A stretch of DNA of 62,231 nucleotides from an uncultured Anaerolineales bacterium. Its GTDB lineage: Bacteria; Planctomycetota; Phycisphaerae; FEN-1346. The notes under the pieces are model-generated. The model was given only the letters and a program-made list of their open reading frames with translations. It did not search any database and was not told where the DNA came from. A program made the translations under genes and the position numbers. Positions 18,124 to 26,454 of the stretch are shown one piece after another. Each line of letters opens with the position of its first letter. Positions within the stretch are counted from its first letter, which is position 1. The DNA lies in NCBI GenBank assembly GCA_964449275.1, contig CAYVAM010000002.1:1-62231 (forward strand), read 5' to 3'.

Positions 18124-20624
18124 CTCCGCTTGCCGGCCGCACGCCGCGCCGCCGGCCGAAACCGCGTTGGCTGATGGCGCTTCATGCGGCATGTATTCTC
18201 GCCGCCGCAGTGTCGGCCGGGGAGGCGCCTTCGCCCGACCCCGGCGCGGCCGATGCCGGCAAGGCGCTCGAGGCCGCGGAGGCGTGCATCCGGCAACTCG
18301 ATGGCCTGCGCCCGATTGACGCAGCCAACGGCGCACGCGTCGCCGCCGTCCTCAAGAAAGGCCTCACGGTCCTCGACGAGGCTGACGCGGCGTTGAAGAG
18401 GCAACTGAACGCCCTCACCCCCGAGAAGAAACCGCTGCGCGGCACGGCCAACCGCAAGATGACCGCCGACCTGATGCGGCTGCGTGCGGCCCGTTGCCGC
18501 GTCGGCCTGGCGCGAGGTGGCCTGTATGTCCACGCCGCCCTCGCCCGGCCCGGAGACGTCGCCGACCGCGCCGATTTCCTCAAGAAGGCCGTGGCCGCGT
18601 ACCGCTCGCTGCGGGTGGACTTCCACGACATCGCGCCCGGCCTCATGGGTTACATCGGCGAGGCCCGGGCCCAGCGTCTCGCCGGGGACGCCAAGGCCGC
18701 TCGCGACGCGCTCAAGACACTTTTCCAGATCCCGGAAGACCCTGGAAATGCCCTGGCCGCCGACCTGCGGCGTGTCGCCCTGCTCGAAGACCTGGAAGCC
18801 CTGCTCGTTGCCAACCCCGAGGAGGTCACGGCCAAGGCGCAGGAACTCCGGCGCGCGAAAGAGTACAAAGACCGGCCCGGTTGGCAGGCCCGGCTCGATT
18901 ACGTCGTCGCCCAAGCGCACGTCGCGCAGGCCGAACGACTCCGCGCCGGGGCGTCTGCGGCGGCCCGCAAGAAGGAACTGATCGAGAAGGCGGCGGTGCT
19001 GCTGCGCCGCGACGCTGTCATCCAGATCGCTCCGCAACACGACCGGCTGGCGCTGCTCCGGAAACTCGAGACCCTCAGCGGCGGGCCGCTCCTTCGGCGA
19101 GACGAACTGCTCGCCTGGGCCGACCTCCTGGCCGCAGCCGGTCGCGACGAGGCCGTCGCCTTCTACAACCGCGCCAAAGGATCTTCCGACGAGCCGCTCG
19201 CCGCCCGGCAACTTCTCGCCTACATCACCTTGGCGATGAAACAGCAGCGCTACCGCGAGACCGCCGACGCCTGCGACCGGCTGCTCGAACTGCTCACCGA
19301 CGACGACGCAAAACGCCCGCCCGTCCTCGGCTGCCGCGCGGCGGCGCTGCTCAAGGTGCTTGAGGCGGCGGACGCGGGCCGGCGTCCCGCAGGGCTGGAT
19401 GACCGCACGCTCGGCGCGCTTCGGGCGGTCGTCGCCAGCGCTTCGCCGGATCCCCTCCGCCGCGACGCGCTCAAACAATGGGTCGCTATCGAATCCAGAC
19501 GATCGGGCCTGACGAACTGCCTCAAGATGCTCACCGACTACAACGACCTCGCCAGGGGCGATGCGTACCTCCTCTACTGCGGTGCGGCGGCGCGGTGGCA
19601 GGTGCTGTCGGAGGAACTGGCCGGCGGCGCCGTCGAGAAGGCTGCGGCCGAAGGGCGGGCACGCCGGATACTCGCCGACTTGGCGGTGGCGGCCGACGCC
19701 GCTTCGGACGCCGCAGATACCGGCGTGCTCGCGCGAAGCACGCTGCTCCGCGTCCAGGCTCTGGCCCGGCCGCCGCTCGGCGACCGCCGCCAGGCCCTGA
19801 GCGTTCTCGACGCCGGCCTTGGGGCGCTCAAGGACGACCCGGCCGTCGCGGGGGCTGCGGCGTGGTTGCGGGTGGAACTGCTGCTCGACCTCGGCCTGAT
19901 CGAGGAAGCCTCGAAGGCCCTGGCCAAGGTTCCGGAAGGGAGGGAGAAGGGCTCGCCGCTGGCACGTCTGCGGCTTGCCGAGGCGCTGGCGCGACGGTAC
20001 GCGAGCGTCCAGGACGCCGGCCGGTCCGAAGTGCAGCGCCGGGTGCTGGACCTTTGCGACGCCGCCGTCGCCCAAGCCGTGGCCGATGAGCGGCAGTTCG
20101 TGGCAGCCTCGCGGCGTGCGGCCCGGGCGCTGCTCGACGTCGGCGCCTCGGCCGACGCCCGACGATTCCTCGAGAAACTCCTGGCGTCCAGAACGGTGCG
20201 CGACGACGCGAAGCGGCTCGAGGGCTGCTCGCTCATGATGGTTGAAGCCTACCGCCAGAGCCGGCAACTGAACCAGGCCGTGGGGCTCCTCGACCAGTTG
20301 GCCGCCCGGTTCCCCAAGTCGGTCCAGGTCCACCTGGCGCTCGGCCGGGTCAACCTGGACCTTCGCCGGGCGGACCGTGCGGTCGCGTCGTTTCGCAAGG
20401 CCCGCGGGCTGTGCCGGCCGGGTACCCCCGACTGGTGCCGCGCCACCCTTGCTCTGGCCGAAGGGCTGGTCGCGGGCAGGCACGACGGCGATGCGACCGA
20501 TATACTGCGGGTCGCCGAGGCGCTGCATCCCGATTTCGGCGATCCCGAACTTCAGAGCCAACTGAAGGCACTGCGCAGGCGCCTCCAAAGCCGGCGCCCA
20601 CGCGAGCCGGTCCGCGAACGCTGA
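18114..20624 (+). CDS. secreted all-alpha TPR-like repeat protein
   Basis: ATG 18114 overlaps the HEAT gene stop by 10 nt (alternative ATG 18174, MALHAACILAAAVSAGEA signal). 836 aa rich in Ala/Leu/Arg helices. The C-terminal VEAYRQSRQLNQAVGLLDQLAARFP...LALGRVNLDLRRADRAVASFRKA is TPR-like. Confidence 0.55.
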   Translation: MAVTPLAGRTPRRRPKPRWLMALHAACILAAAVSAGEAPSPDPGAADAGKALEAAEACIRQLDGLRPIDAANGARVAAVLKKGLTVLDEADAALKRQLNALTPEKKPLRGTANRKMTADLMRLRAARCRVGLARGGLYVHAALARPGDVADRADFLKKAVAAYRSLRVDFHDIAPGLMGYIGEARAQRLAGDAKAARDALKTLFQIPEDPGNALAADLRRVALLEDLEALLVANPEEVTAKAQELRRAKEYKDRPGWQARLDYVVAQAHVAQAERLRAGASAAARKKELIEKAAVLLRRDAVIQIAPQHDRLALLRKLETLSGGPLLRRDELLAWADLLAAAGRDEAVAFYNRAKGSSDEPLAARQLLAYITLAMKQQRYRETADACDRLLELLTDDDAKRPPVLGCRAAALLKVLEAADAGRRPAGLDDRTLGALRAVVASASPDPLRRDALKQWVAIESRRSGLTNCLKMLTDYNDLARGDAYLLYCGAAARWQVLSEELAGGAVEKAAAEGRARRILADLAVAADAASDAADTGVLARSTLLRVQALARPPLGDRRQALSVLDAGLGALKDDPAVAGAAAWLRVELLLDLGLIEEASKALAKVPEGREKGSPLARLRLAEALARRYASVQDAGRSEVQRRVLDLCDAAVAQAVADERQFVAASRRAARALLDVGASADARRFLEKLLASRTVRDDAKRLEGCSLMMVEAYRQSRQLNQAVGLLDQLAARFPKSVQVHLALGRVNLDLRRADRAVASFRKARGLCRPGTPDWCRATLALAEGLVAGRHDGDATDILRVAEALHPDFGDPELQSQLKALRRRLQSRRPREPVRER

Positions 20625-20628
20625 TAGA

Positions 20629-21456
20629 ATGAAGAGGCACGCCATGCTGAACCGAACGCACACCCAACCGACGTGGCCGGCCCTCCTCGCCGCGCTCCTG
20701 GTGGCGGCAACGGTGGCCCTTGCCGCCACCGAAGACAACAGTCCGGCCGACGACAGCGGCAACGACCCGGGCGAGAAACGAACGAGCCTTCGCGACTTCA
20801 TCCAGGCCGGCTCCTACGTGGGATACGTCATCATCTGGCTGAGTTTCGCCGGCCTGGCGTTGGTGATCGATGCGTTCGTCCGCATCCAATCGAAAAAGTT
20901 GATTCCGCCGCGCCTGGCACAGGAACTCGTGCAACTGGCGCGGCAGGGGAAGTTCAACGAAGTCCAGAACCTGGCCGGGGCGTTTGACTGCATGCTTGCC
21001 CGCGTCGTCAATCACACCTTCTCGCAGGGCCGCATGAGCCTGACCGCCGCACGTGAGATCATGCAGGAGCAGGGCGCCAAAGAGGTCACCCGCCTCTACC
21101 AGCGGGTGGGCTATATCGGTTTCATTGCGGCCGTGGCGCCGATGCTCGGACTGCTTGGGACGGTCACCGGCATGATCGGCTCGTTCAACGTCCTGGGTGC
21201 GGCCAAGGGCGCCGCCGAGGCGGACGAACTCGCCGTGGGCGTGTCCGAGGCCCTCGTCACGACGTGCATGGGGCTCGTCGTGGCGATCCCGATGATGTTC
21301 TTCCACAGTTATTTCCGCGACCGCGTCACGCGGATCGGGCAGGACGCGGCCGGCGTGTGCGACCGATTGATGCGCCAAATGACCGAGGGACAGTCCGCCC
21401 GCGAACGCTCCCAAGCCGGACGCCGGGACGAACCGCCGAGCGAGGATCAGCCATGA
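20629..21456 (+). CDS. exbB: MotA/TolQ/ExbB family proton channel
   Basis: APMLGLLGTVTGMIGSF...SEALVTTCMGLVVAIPMMFFHSYF is the family signature. Starts 5 nt after the TPR gene stop. Confidence 0.85.
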   Translation: MKRHAMLNRTHTQPTWPALLAALLVAATVALAATEDNSPADDSGNDPGEKRTSLRDFIQAGSYVGYVIIWLSFAGLALVIDAFVRIQSKKLIPPRLAQELVQLARQGKFNEVQNLAGAFDCMLARVVNHTFSQGRMSLTAAREIMQEQGAKEVTRLYQRVGYIGFIAAVAPMLGLLGTVTGMIGSFNVLGAAKGAAEADELAVGVSEALVTTCMGLVVAIPMMFFHSYFRDRVTRIGQDAAGVCDRLMRQMTEGQSARERSQAGRRDEPPSEDQP

Positions 21457-21899
21457 ACGAGACCCGGGGCGCACTGAACTTCGTGCCGGCCGAGCCACGG
21501 ACGGACCACCGTTTCCGGGTGGCGCCGCTCGTGGATATCGTCTTTCTCCTGATCTGCTTCTTCATGCTGACCAGCCAGTTGATCCAGAGTCACAAGGATC
21601 CCGAGGTCGAGTTGCCCATCATGACGAGCCCCGACGCCGCCAAGGAAGTGCCGGCCGAAGTCACGGTCAACCTCCGGCCGGACGGGGCCCTGTCCGTCGG
21701 CGGTCGACGCATCGTGCTCGATGACCTGGCCGGCGTCCTGACGGCGCACCTGGCTCGTGCCCGGCGAAGCGGAGAGGCGGTCCGCGTCGTGGTCCGCGCC
21801 GACCGGCGGCAGCGGTTCGCCCGACTGGACGAGGTCCTTGACGTCTGCCGCAGCATCCGCCTGCCGCAGATCATCTTTCGCGCCCGAGGAGACGAGTAG
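21453..21899 (+). CDS. exbD: ExbD/TolR family protein
   Basis: ATGA overlap with exbB. The TM segment APLVDIVFLLICFFML carries the conserved Asp, followed by a periplasmic domain. Confidence 0.85.
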   Translation: MNETRGALNFVPAEPRTDHRFRVAPLVDIVFLLICFFMLTSQLIQSHKDPEVELPIMTSPDAAKEVPAEVTVNLRPDGALSVGGRRIVLDDLAGVLTAHLARARRSGEAVRVVVRADRRQRFARLDEVLDVCRSIRLPQIIFRARGDE

Positions 21900-21901
21900 C
21901 C

Positions 21902-22357
21902 GTGCGGTTTACGCCCGAGCCATCCGAAGACACCGGCGACCTGCTGAAGGCGCCCGCCATGGTGGACGTCGTCTTCATCCTGCTCGCGTTCTTCGTCCTG
22001 GCGACGCAGTTCCTGGTGCCGGAACGCGACTTCACGATGGGCCACCGCGAGGCCGGCACGGGCGGGGGCGCCGTCCGGGAGGACTTCCCGTCGATCATCC
22101 AGGTCAGGCTCCGGCGCACCGACGCGGGTGTCGCCATCACGGTCGGCCGCGCCCGCCTGCCGCACGACAACTACGACGCCATCCGCGAGAAACTCTCCCA
22201 GATCAACATGCCGGCCATCGGTGTCCTGATCCTGGCCGACCCGTCGCTGCGTATCGACGACGTGGCCCGCGCGCTCGATGCGGCGCTCGCGAGCCCCATG
22301 AAAAAGGTCTCCGTTGCGAAACTCGCCGTCAAGGCATCGCCCCGGAAGGGTGCATAA
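21902..22357 (+). CDS. exbD: ExbD/TolR family protein (second copy)
   Basis: GTG start 3 nt after the previous stop. The TM segment PAMVDVVFILLAFFVL carries the conserved Asp. Confidence 0.8.
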   Translation: MRFTPEPSEDTGDLLKAPAMVDVVFILLAFFVLATQFLVPERDFTMGHREAGTGGGAVREDFPSIIQVRLRRTDAGVAITVGRARLPHDNYDAIREKLSQINMPAIGVLILADPSLRIDDVARALDAALASPMKKVSVAKLAVKASPRKGA

Positions 22358-22379
22358 CACGCCACCGCCGTCGAGTGTT

Positions 22380-22407
22380 GCGCGGTGGGTGTCCCCACCC
22401 GCCGCGC
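22380..22407. repeat. family A REP palindrome
   Basis: gcgcggtgggtgtccccacccgccgcgc. Confidence 0.7.
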
Positions 22408-22422
22408 ACCAGGGGGTGTGTC

Positions 22423-22555
22423 TGCGATGTCATCTCGACCGAGTCTCCGCGCGAGCGGAGGCGAGCGGAGAGATCTCGCTGTTGGGCCGGCCGCAAACGA
22501 ACAATGGCGAGATTCCTCGACTCCCGCGGCTCTGCCGCGGTCGCTCGGAATGACA
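22423..22555. mobile_element. degenerate copy of MITE-like element E (inverted orientation, outer TIRs eroded)
   Basis: gcgatgtcatctcgaccgag...cgctcggaatgaca matches the inner inverted module of 5233-5386 in reverse orientation. The GTTTAGCGTG termini are absent. Confidence 0.55.
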
Positions 22556-22564
22556 GCAGGCGTT

Positions 22565-22592
22565 GCGCGGCGGGTGCGGAGACCCGCCGCGC
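22565..22592. repeat. family A REP palindrome
   Basis: gcgcggcgggtgcggagacccgccgcgc. The same unit occurs at 34245-34272. Confidence 0.7.
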
Positions 22593-22611
22593 GATGGCAG
22601 GAAAGGTCACG

Positions 22612-23736
22612 ATGAGCCTGAACGAGTGGCTGAGGGAACTCAAGGAGTCGGCCCCGTCGTGGGCCATCTCGCTCGTCGTGCACGTGCTCCTCATCCTGCT
22701 CGCCGGGATGGTGACCTGGGTCGTCGTGCGCATCGCCGCGACGGATCGCCCGCTTATGCTCCTGGCGCCGGAGGCCGGCGCCGAGGCCGGCGCCGACTCG
22801 CCCGGGGCTGCCGGCGGCGGCGACGCCACCCCGGCCGACACCAACCCGGCACCGAGTCCCGAAGCCGTGGTCATGCCGTCGGCGCCCGTGCCGGACGACC
22901 TTGAAGCGGTCCTGAACCAGCCGCCCATGGCAGCGGCAACCCAGTTTGTGACCGGCGTGGCCGACCCCATCAACGACCTGGCCGATGCCCTGGCGGCATC
23001 GCCGGGCGCCGTCACTGCGCCGGGCGGCGGCGTCGGCATCGGCCTGCTCGACGGCACGAGCGCCGGATTCGGAAAGCACATCGGGCAACTCAGGGGCATC
23101 GGCCTCGATGTCGTCTTCGTTCTCGACGCCACCGACAGCATGACGCCCTACATCGAGCAGGCCAAAGTGCGGTTGCACCAGATCCTCGACGTAGTGACCG
23201 GGCTGGTGCCGAACGCGAGGTTCGGCATCGTCGCCTACAAGGACTACGGCGACGATTACGGCCCGGAGGCCGTTAAGTCGGTCGCCATCGGCGACGACGT
23301 GGCGGCCATTCGCGAGTTCATCGACACGACCACGGCGGGCGGAGGGGCCGACATCCCCGAACCCATCCACGAGGGTATCCGCGTCGCCGCCGACGACGAG
23401 ATGCAATGGAACCGCAGACGCCGCCGCATCATCATCCTCGTCGGCGACTCCCCTTGCCACCCGTCGGGCCGCAACGAGGTCTTTGCCCGTGCGGCCGCGT
23501 TCAGCAAGGCGGGCGGCACGATCAACGTCATCGACGTCGGCGGCACGGGCGCCAAGGGCATCCAGCGGACGAGCATTCAGCCCGATCTGGGACGCATTGC
23601 CAAAGAAGGCGGCGGCGAAGCGTTCCTACTCACCGACGCCGACGCCTTCTGGCGACACCTGATCGTCTCGGTCTTCGGCCGGCGGTTCGAGCAGGACGTG
23701 ACCGTCATCATCAAGAAACTCGTCAAGGAGGAGTGA
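22612..23736 (+). CDS. membrane-anchored vWA-domain protein with a TonB-like N-terminal anchor (SxxxH) and Pro/Ala-rich spacer
   Basis: ATG 22612 is preceded by AGGAAAGG (alternative ATG 22594 abuts a REP). TM helix WAISLVVHVLLILLAGMVTW. Spacer PADTNPAPSPEAVVMPSAPVPDD. vWA core VVFVLDATDSMTPYI...FGIVAYKDYGD...IIILVGDSP. Confidence 0.7.
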   Translation: MSLNEWLRELKESAPSWAISLVVHVLLILLAGMVTWVVVRIAATDRPLMLLAPEAGAEAGADSPGAAGGGDATPADTNPAPSPEAVVMPSAPVPDDLEAVLNQPPMAAATQFVTGVADPINDLADALAASPGAVTAPGGGVGIGLLDGTSAGFGKHIGQLRGIGLDVVFVLDATDSMTPYIEQAKVRLHQILDVVTGLVPNARFGIVAYKDYGDDYGPEAVKSVAIGDDVAAIREFIDTTTAGGGADIPEPIHEGIRVAADDEMQWNRRRRRIIILVGDSPCHPSGRNEVFARAAAFSKAGGTINVIDVGGTGAKGIQRTSIQPDLGRIAKEGGGEAFLLTDADAFWRHLIVSVFGRRFEQDVTVIIKKLVKEE

Positions 23737-23740
23737 CCCG

Positions 23741-24781
23741 ATGATCGGGCATCGGTTGTCGGCGGCGCTGTTCGTCGCTGCGCTCTGCGCGTCGCTCGTG
23801 GCGGCGCACCTCGGCTGCGGGCGCGGCGACGAGACACACGACGTGGTGGTCGTCTATACGGCGCTTGACCAGATCCACTCCGAGCCGATCCTCAAGGCCT
23901 TCGAGCGCGCCACCGGCATCGAGGTCCGGCCCGTTTACGATACCGAGGACGCGAAAACCACCGGCCTCGTCAACCGCCTCATCGCCCGCCGCACCGACCC
24001 CGATTGCGACGTCCACTGGAACAACGAGATCGTCCAGACGGTGCGCCTGGCCGAGATGGGCCTGCTGACCGCGTACCGGAGCCCCAACGTCGAGCGCATC
24101 CCGCCGCAGTTCCGTGATCCCGAAGGACGGTGGACGGGCTTTGCGGCACGCATGCGGGTCGTCATCTACAACACCCAACTCGTCGAGGCGCATGACCTCC
24201 CCTCGGACCTTTCCGCCTTCACCGACGCGAAGTGGTGCGGCCGGGCGGCCATGGCCAGGCCGTTCTTCGGCACGACGCTCACGCACGTCGCCGTTCTCCA
24301 TCAGCGATGGGGACCGGAGCGGCTCGAGGCGTGGCTCCGCGCCGTCCACGCCAACGAGACGGCCCTGTGCCCGGGCAACGCCACGGTCCGCGACCTGGTG
24401 GTCGCCGGCGAGCGCGCCTTCGGCCTCACCGACACCGACGACGCCTGGGCCGCCATCCAGGCCGGCAAACCCGTCCGCGTGCTCGTTCCCGACGCCGCCC
24501 AAGGCGCCGTCCTCATCCCGAACACCGTCGCGCTCGTTGCGGGTTGCCCCCATCCGCAGCAAGGCAAGCGGCTGATCGATTACCTGCTCTCGGCCGAGGT
24601 CGAGCGGCGCTTGATGCGAGGCGCCGGCGCCCAGATTCCGCTCGGGACCGACCTGGCCGACGAGAAGACGCCCTGGCATGCTCTCCGCGCCGGCCCGACG
24701 ATGCAGGTGGACTGGGCACGTGCGGCCGCCTCCATCAAGGACGTCGTTGCGCTGTGCAGGCGGGTGGGGATGGACCAGTAG
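23741..24781 (+). CDS. ABC transporter substrate-binding lipoprotein, Fe(III)/thiamine-type (FbpA/AfuA-like)
   Basis: Lipobox LVAAHLGCG. VVVVYTALDQIHSEPILKAFERATGIEVRPVYD is typical of the iron(III)-type SBP family. Starts 5 nt after the vWA gene stop, with AAGGAGGAG upstream. Confidence 0.65.
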   Translation: MIGHRLSAALFVAALCASLVAAHLGCGRGDETHDVVVVYTALDQIHSEPILKAFERATGIEVRPVYDTEDAKTTGLVNRLIARRTDPDCDVHWNNEIVQTVRLAEMGLLTAYRSPNVERIPPQFRDPEGRWTGFAARMRVVIYNTQLVEAHDLPSDLSAFTDAKWCGRAAMARPFFGTTLTHVAVLHQRWGPERLEAWLRAVHANETALCPGNATVRDLVVAGERAFGLTDTDDAWAAIQAGKPVRVLVPDAAQGAVLIPNTVALVAGCPHPQQGKRLIDYLLSAEVERRLMRGAGAQIPLGTDLADEKTPWHALRAGPTMQVDWARAAASIKDVVALCRRVGMDQ

Positions 24782-24828
24782 GCCCGCAGCGCTGCTTTGC
24801 GCAGCGTTGTAGGAGCAGGCGACCGACG

Positions 24829-26454
24829 ATGCCGGCGACCCTGGGACAAACCGTCACATCGCCCCGTGCCGGGACCGGGCTTCTCGGCCCGGCGGCCGAG
24901 GTCCTGTCCGTGCTGACCCTGCTGCCGCTTATCGTCGCGCTCGCCTGCTCCTTCTCGGCGACCGGGGCCGACGGCGGTTACGCCGAGTGGTGGGGCACGT
25001 CGCGCGGCTGGCTGGCGCTTGGGCGAACCGTCCGGCTGGCCGCCTTGGCGGCGACGTTCGCCCTGGCGCCGGCCTGGATGCTCGTGGCGGCGGCGGCACA
25101 ACTGCCGCGGCGATGGGCCGGCGCCGCCGCCTGGCTGGCGTGTCTGCCGATGCTGGTTCCCTCGTCGCTGCTCGCGACCGCCTGGATCGTGGCGCTCGGA
25201 CGTGAAGGCGCCGTGACGCACGCGGTGCAGGCCGTCTTCGGCGACGTCCGCCTGCCCGTGTTTTCGGTGCCCGCCGCCGCGATGGTGGTGGCGCTGCGGT
25301 ACTTCGGCCTGGCGGCGCTGGTCCTGACGTACGCGCGGCGGCGACTCGAAGCCGGTTGGCCCGCCCGACGCGTCTTGGGCATATCGCGCACATCGGCCTT
25401 GCTGCATTTGACGCTGCGGCCGGCGATCGGGCCGACGGCGGCGGCGTGGTTGCTCGTCATGCTTTTTGCGATGAACGACCACATCATCCCGGGCATGTTC
25501 CTGATCAGCACGTACGGCACCCAGGTGTTGATCCAGTACGCCGCGCTTCTCGATCCGGACGGCGCGGCGGCGCTGGCGGCGCCGATGGCGGCCGTCGGCG
25601 CCGTGGCCGTTGCGGCGGCCCTGTGGGGAGGCGGGCGGGCCTGGACGGGCCTGGACCGTCCAGCGGCGGCGAGCCGTCCGCCGCCGCGGCTGCCCGCGCG
25701 AGTCCTCTGCGCCGCGGCGAGCGCCGCGGTGCTCGCCGTCGCACTGGCCGTGCCGGTCGCGGTCCTGGCGCACAGGGCAGGCTCGTGGCGTGCGCTCGCT
25801 GAGGCGTTCTCGGCCGCCCGCGACCAGGCATGGCAGACGCTCTTGCTCTCAGGCGCGGCGGGCGTCCTGTGCATGGTGGTCGCGGCCATCCTGGCTTCGC
25901 GTTGGGTGCGTGCGGCCCGGCGCGGCACGCGGACCGCCGCGCCGCTGGTCCTGCTGAACCTGGCGGTGCCGCCCTCGCTGCTCGGCATCGGCATGATCGG
26001 GCTCGCGCAGACCCGGGCGCTGTCGGTTGTCCGCGACACGCCCTGGCCGCTGGTCTTCGGGTATGCCGCGCGGTTCCTGCCCGTGGCTACGCTCATGCTC
26101 TATGCGCTCTGGCGGCGTGAGCCGGTCGAGCCGGTGGCGGCGGCGCGGGTCCACGGCGTTTCGGTGTGGCGAACGCTGCGGCACGTGCTCTGGCCGAGGC
26201 ACCGTCTGACGCTGCCGGCGGCGGGGCTGCTCGCCGCACTCCTGGCCGCCACGGAACTGGAGATGTCGGTCCTGCTCGTCCCGCCGGGGGCAAGCACGCT
26301 CGGGGTGCGGCTGTACACGCTGATCCACACGGCGCCGGCGTCGGTCACCAGCGCGCTGGCCCTGGACATCCTGTTGCTTATCGGCCCGGCGATCGTGCTG
26401 TTCGGCCTGCTGCTTTCGCTCGGGCGCCGGCGAACGGTTGAGGGGGAGCGATGA
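24829..26454 (+). CDS. ABC transporter permease, duplicated (FbpB-like)
   Basis: Start ATG 24829. 541 aa, about 12 TM segments in two repeated halves. Confidence 0.65.
   Translation: MPATLGQTVTSPRAGTGLLGPAAEVLSVLTLLPLIVALACSFSATGADGGYAEWWGTSRGWLALGRTVRLAALAATFALAPAWMLVAAAAQLPRRWAGAAAWLACLPMLVPSSLLATAWIVALGREGAVTHAVQAVFGDVRLPVFSVPAAAMVVALRYFGLAALVLTYARRRLEAGWPARRVLGISRTSALLHLTLRPAIGPTAAAWLLVMLFAMNDHIIPGMFLISTYGTQVLIQYAALLDPDGAAALAAPMAAVGAVAVAAALWGGGRAWTGLDRPAAASRPPPRLPARVLCAAASAAVLAVALAVPVAVLAHRAGSWRALAEAFSAARDQAWQTLLLSGAAGVLCMVVAAILASRWVRAARRGTRTAAPLVLLNLAVPPSLLGIGMIGLAQTRALSVVRDTPWPLVFGYAARFLPVATLMLYALWRREPVEPVAAARVHGVSVWRTLRHVLWPRHRLTLPAAGLLAALLAATELEMSVLLVPPGASTLGVRLYTLIHTAPASVTSALALDILLLIGPAIVLFGLLLSLGRRRTVEGER

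Noticed and set aside
18054-20801. 915-aa minus-strand ORF
   Set aside because: Antisense to the TPR-like gene and the exbB start. The plus-strand genes fit an operon with tight coupling and recognisable families.
22594-22611. Upstream ATG 22594 as the start of the vWA gene
   Set aside because: It abuts the REP palindrome directly, with no room for a ribosome-binding site. ATG 22612 has AGGAAAGG at a suitable distance. Kept as an alternative.
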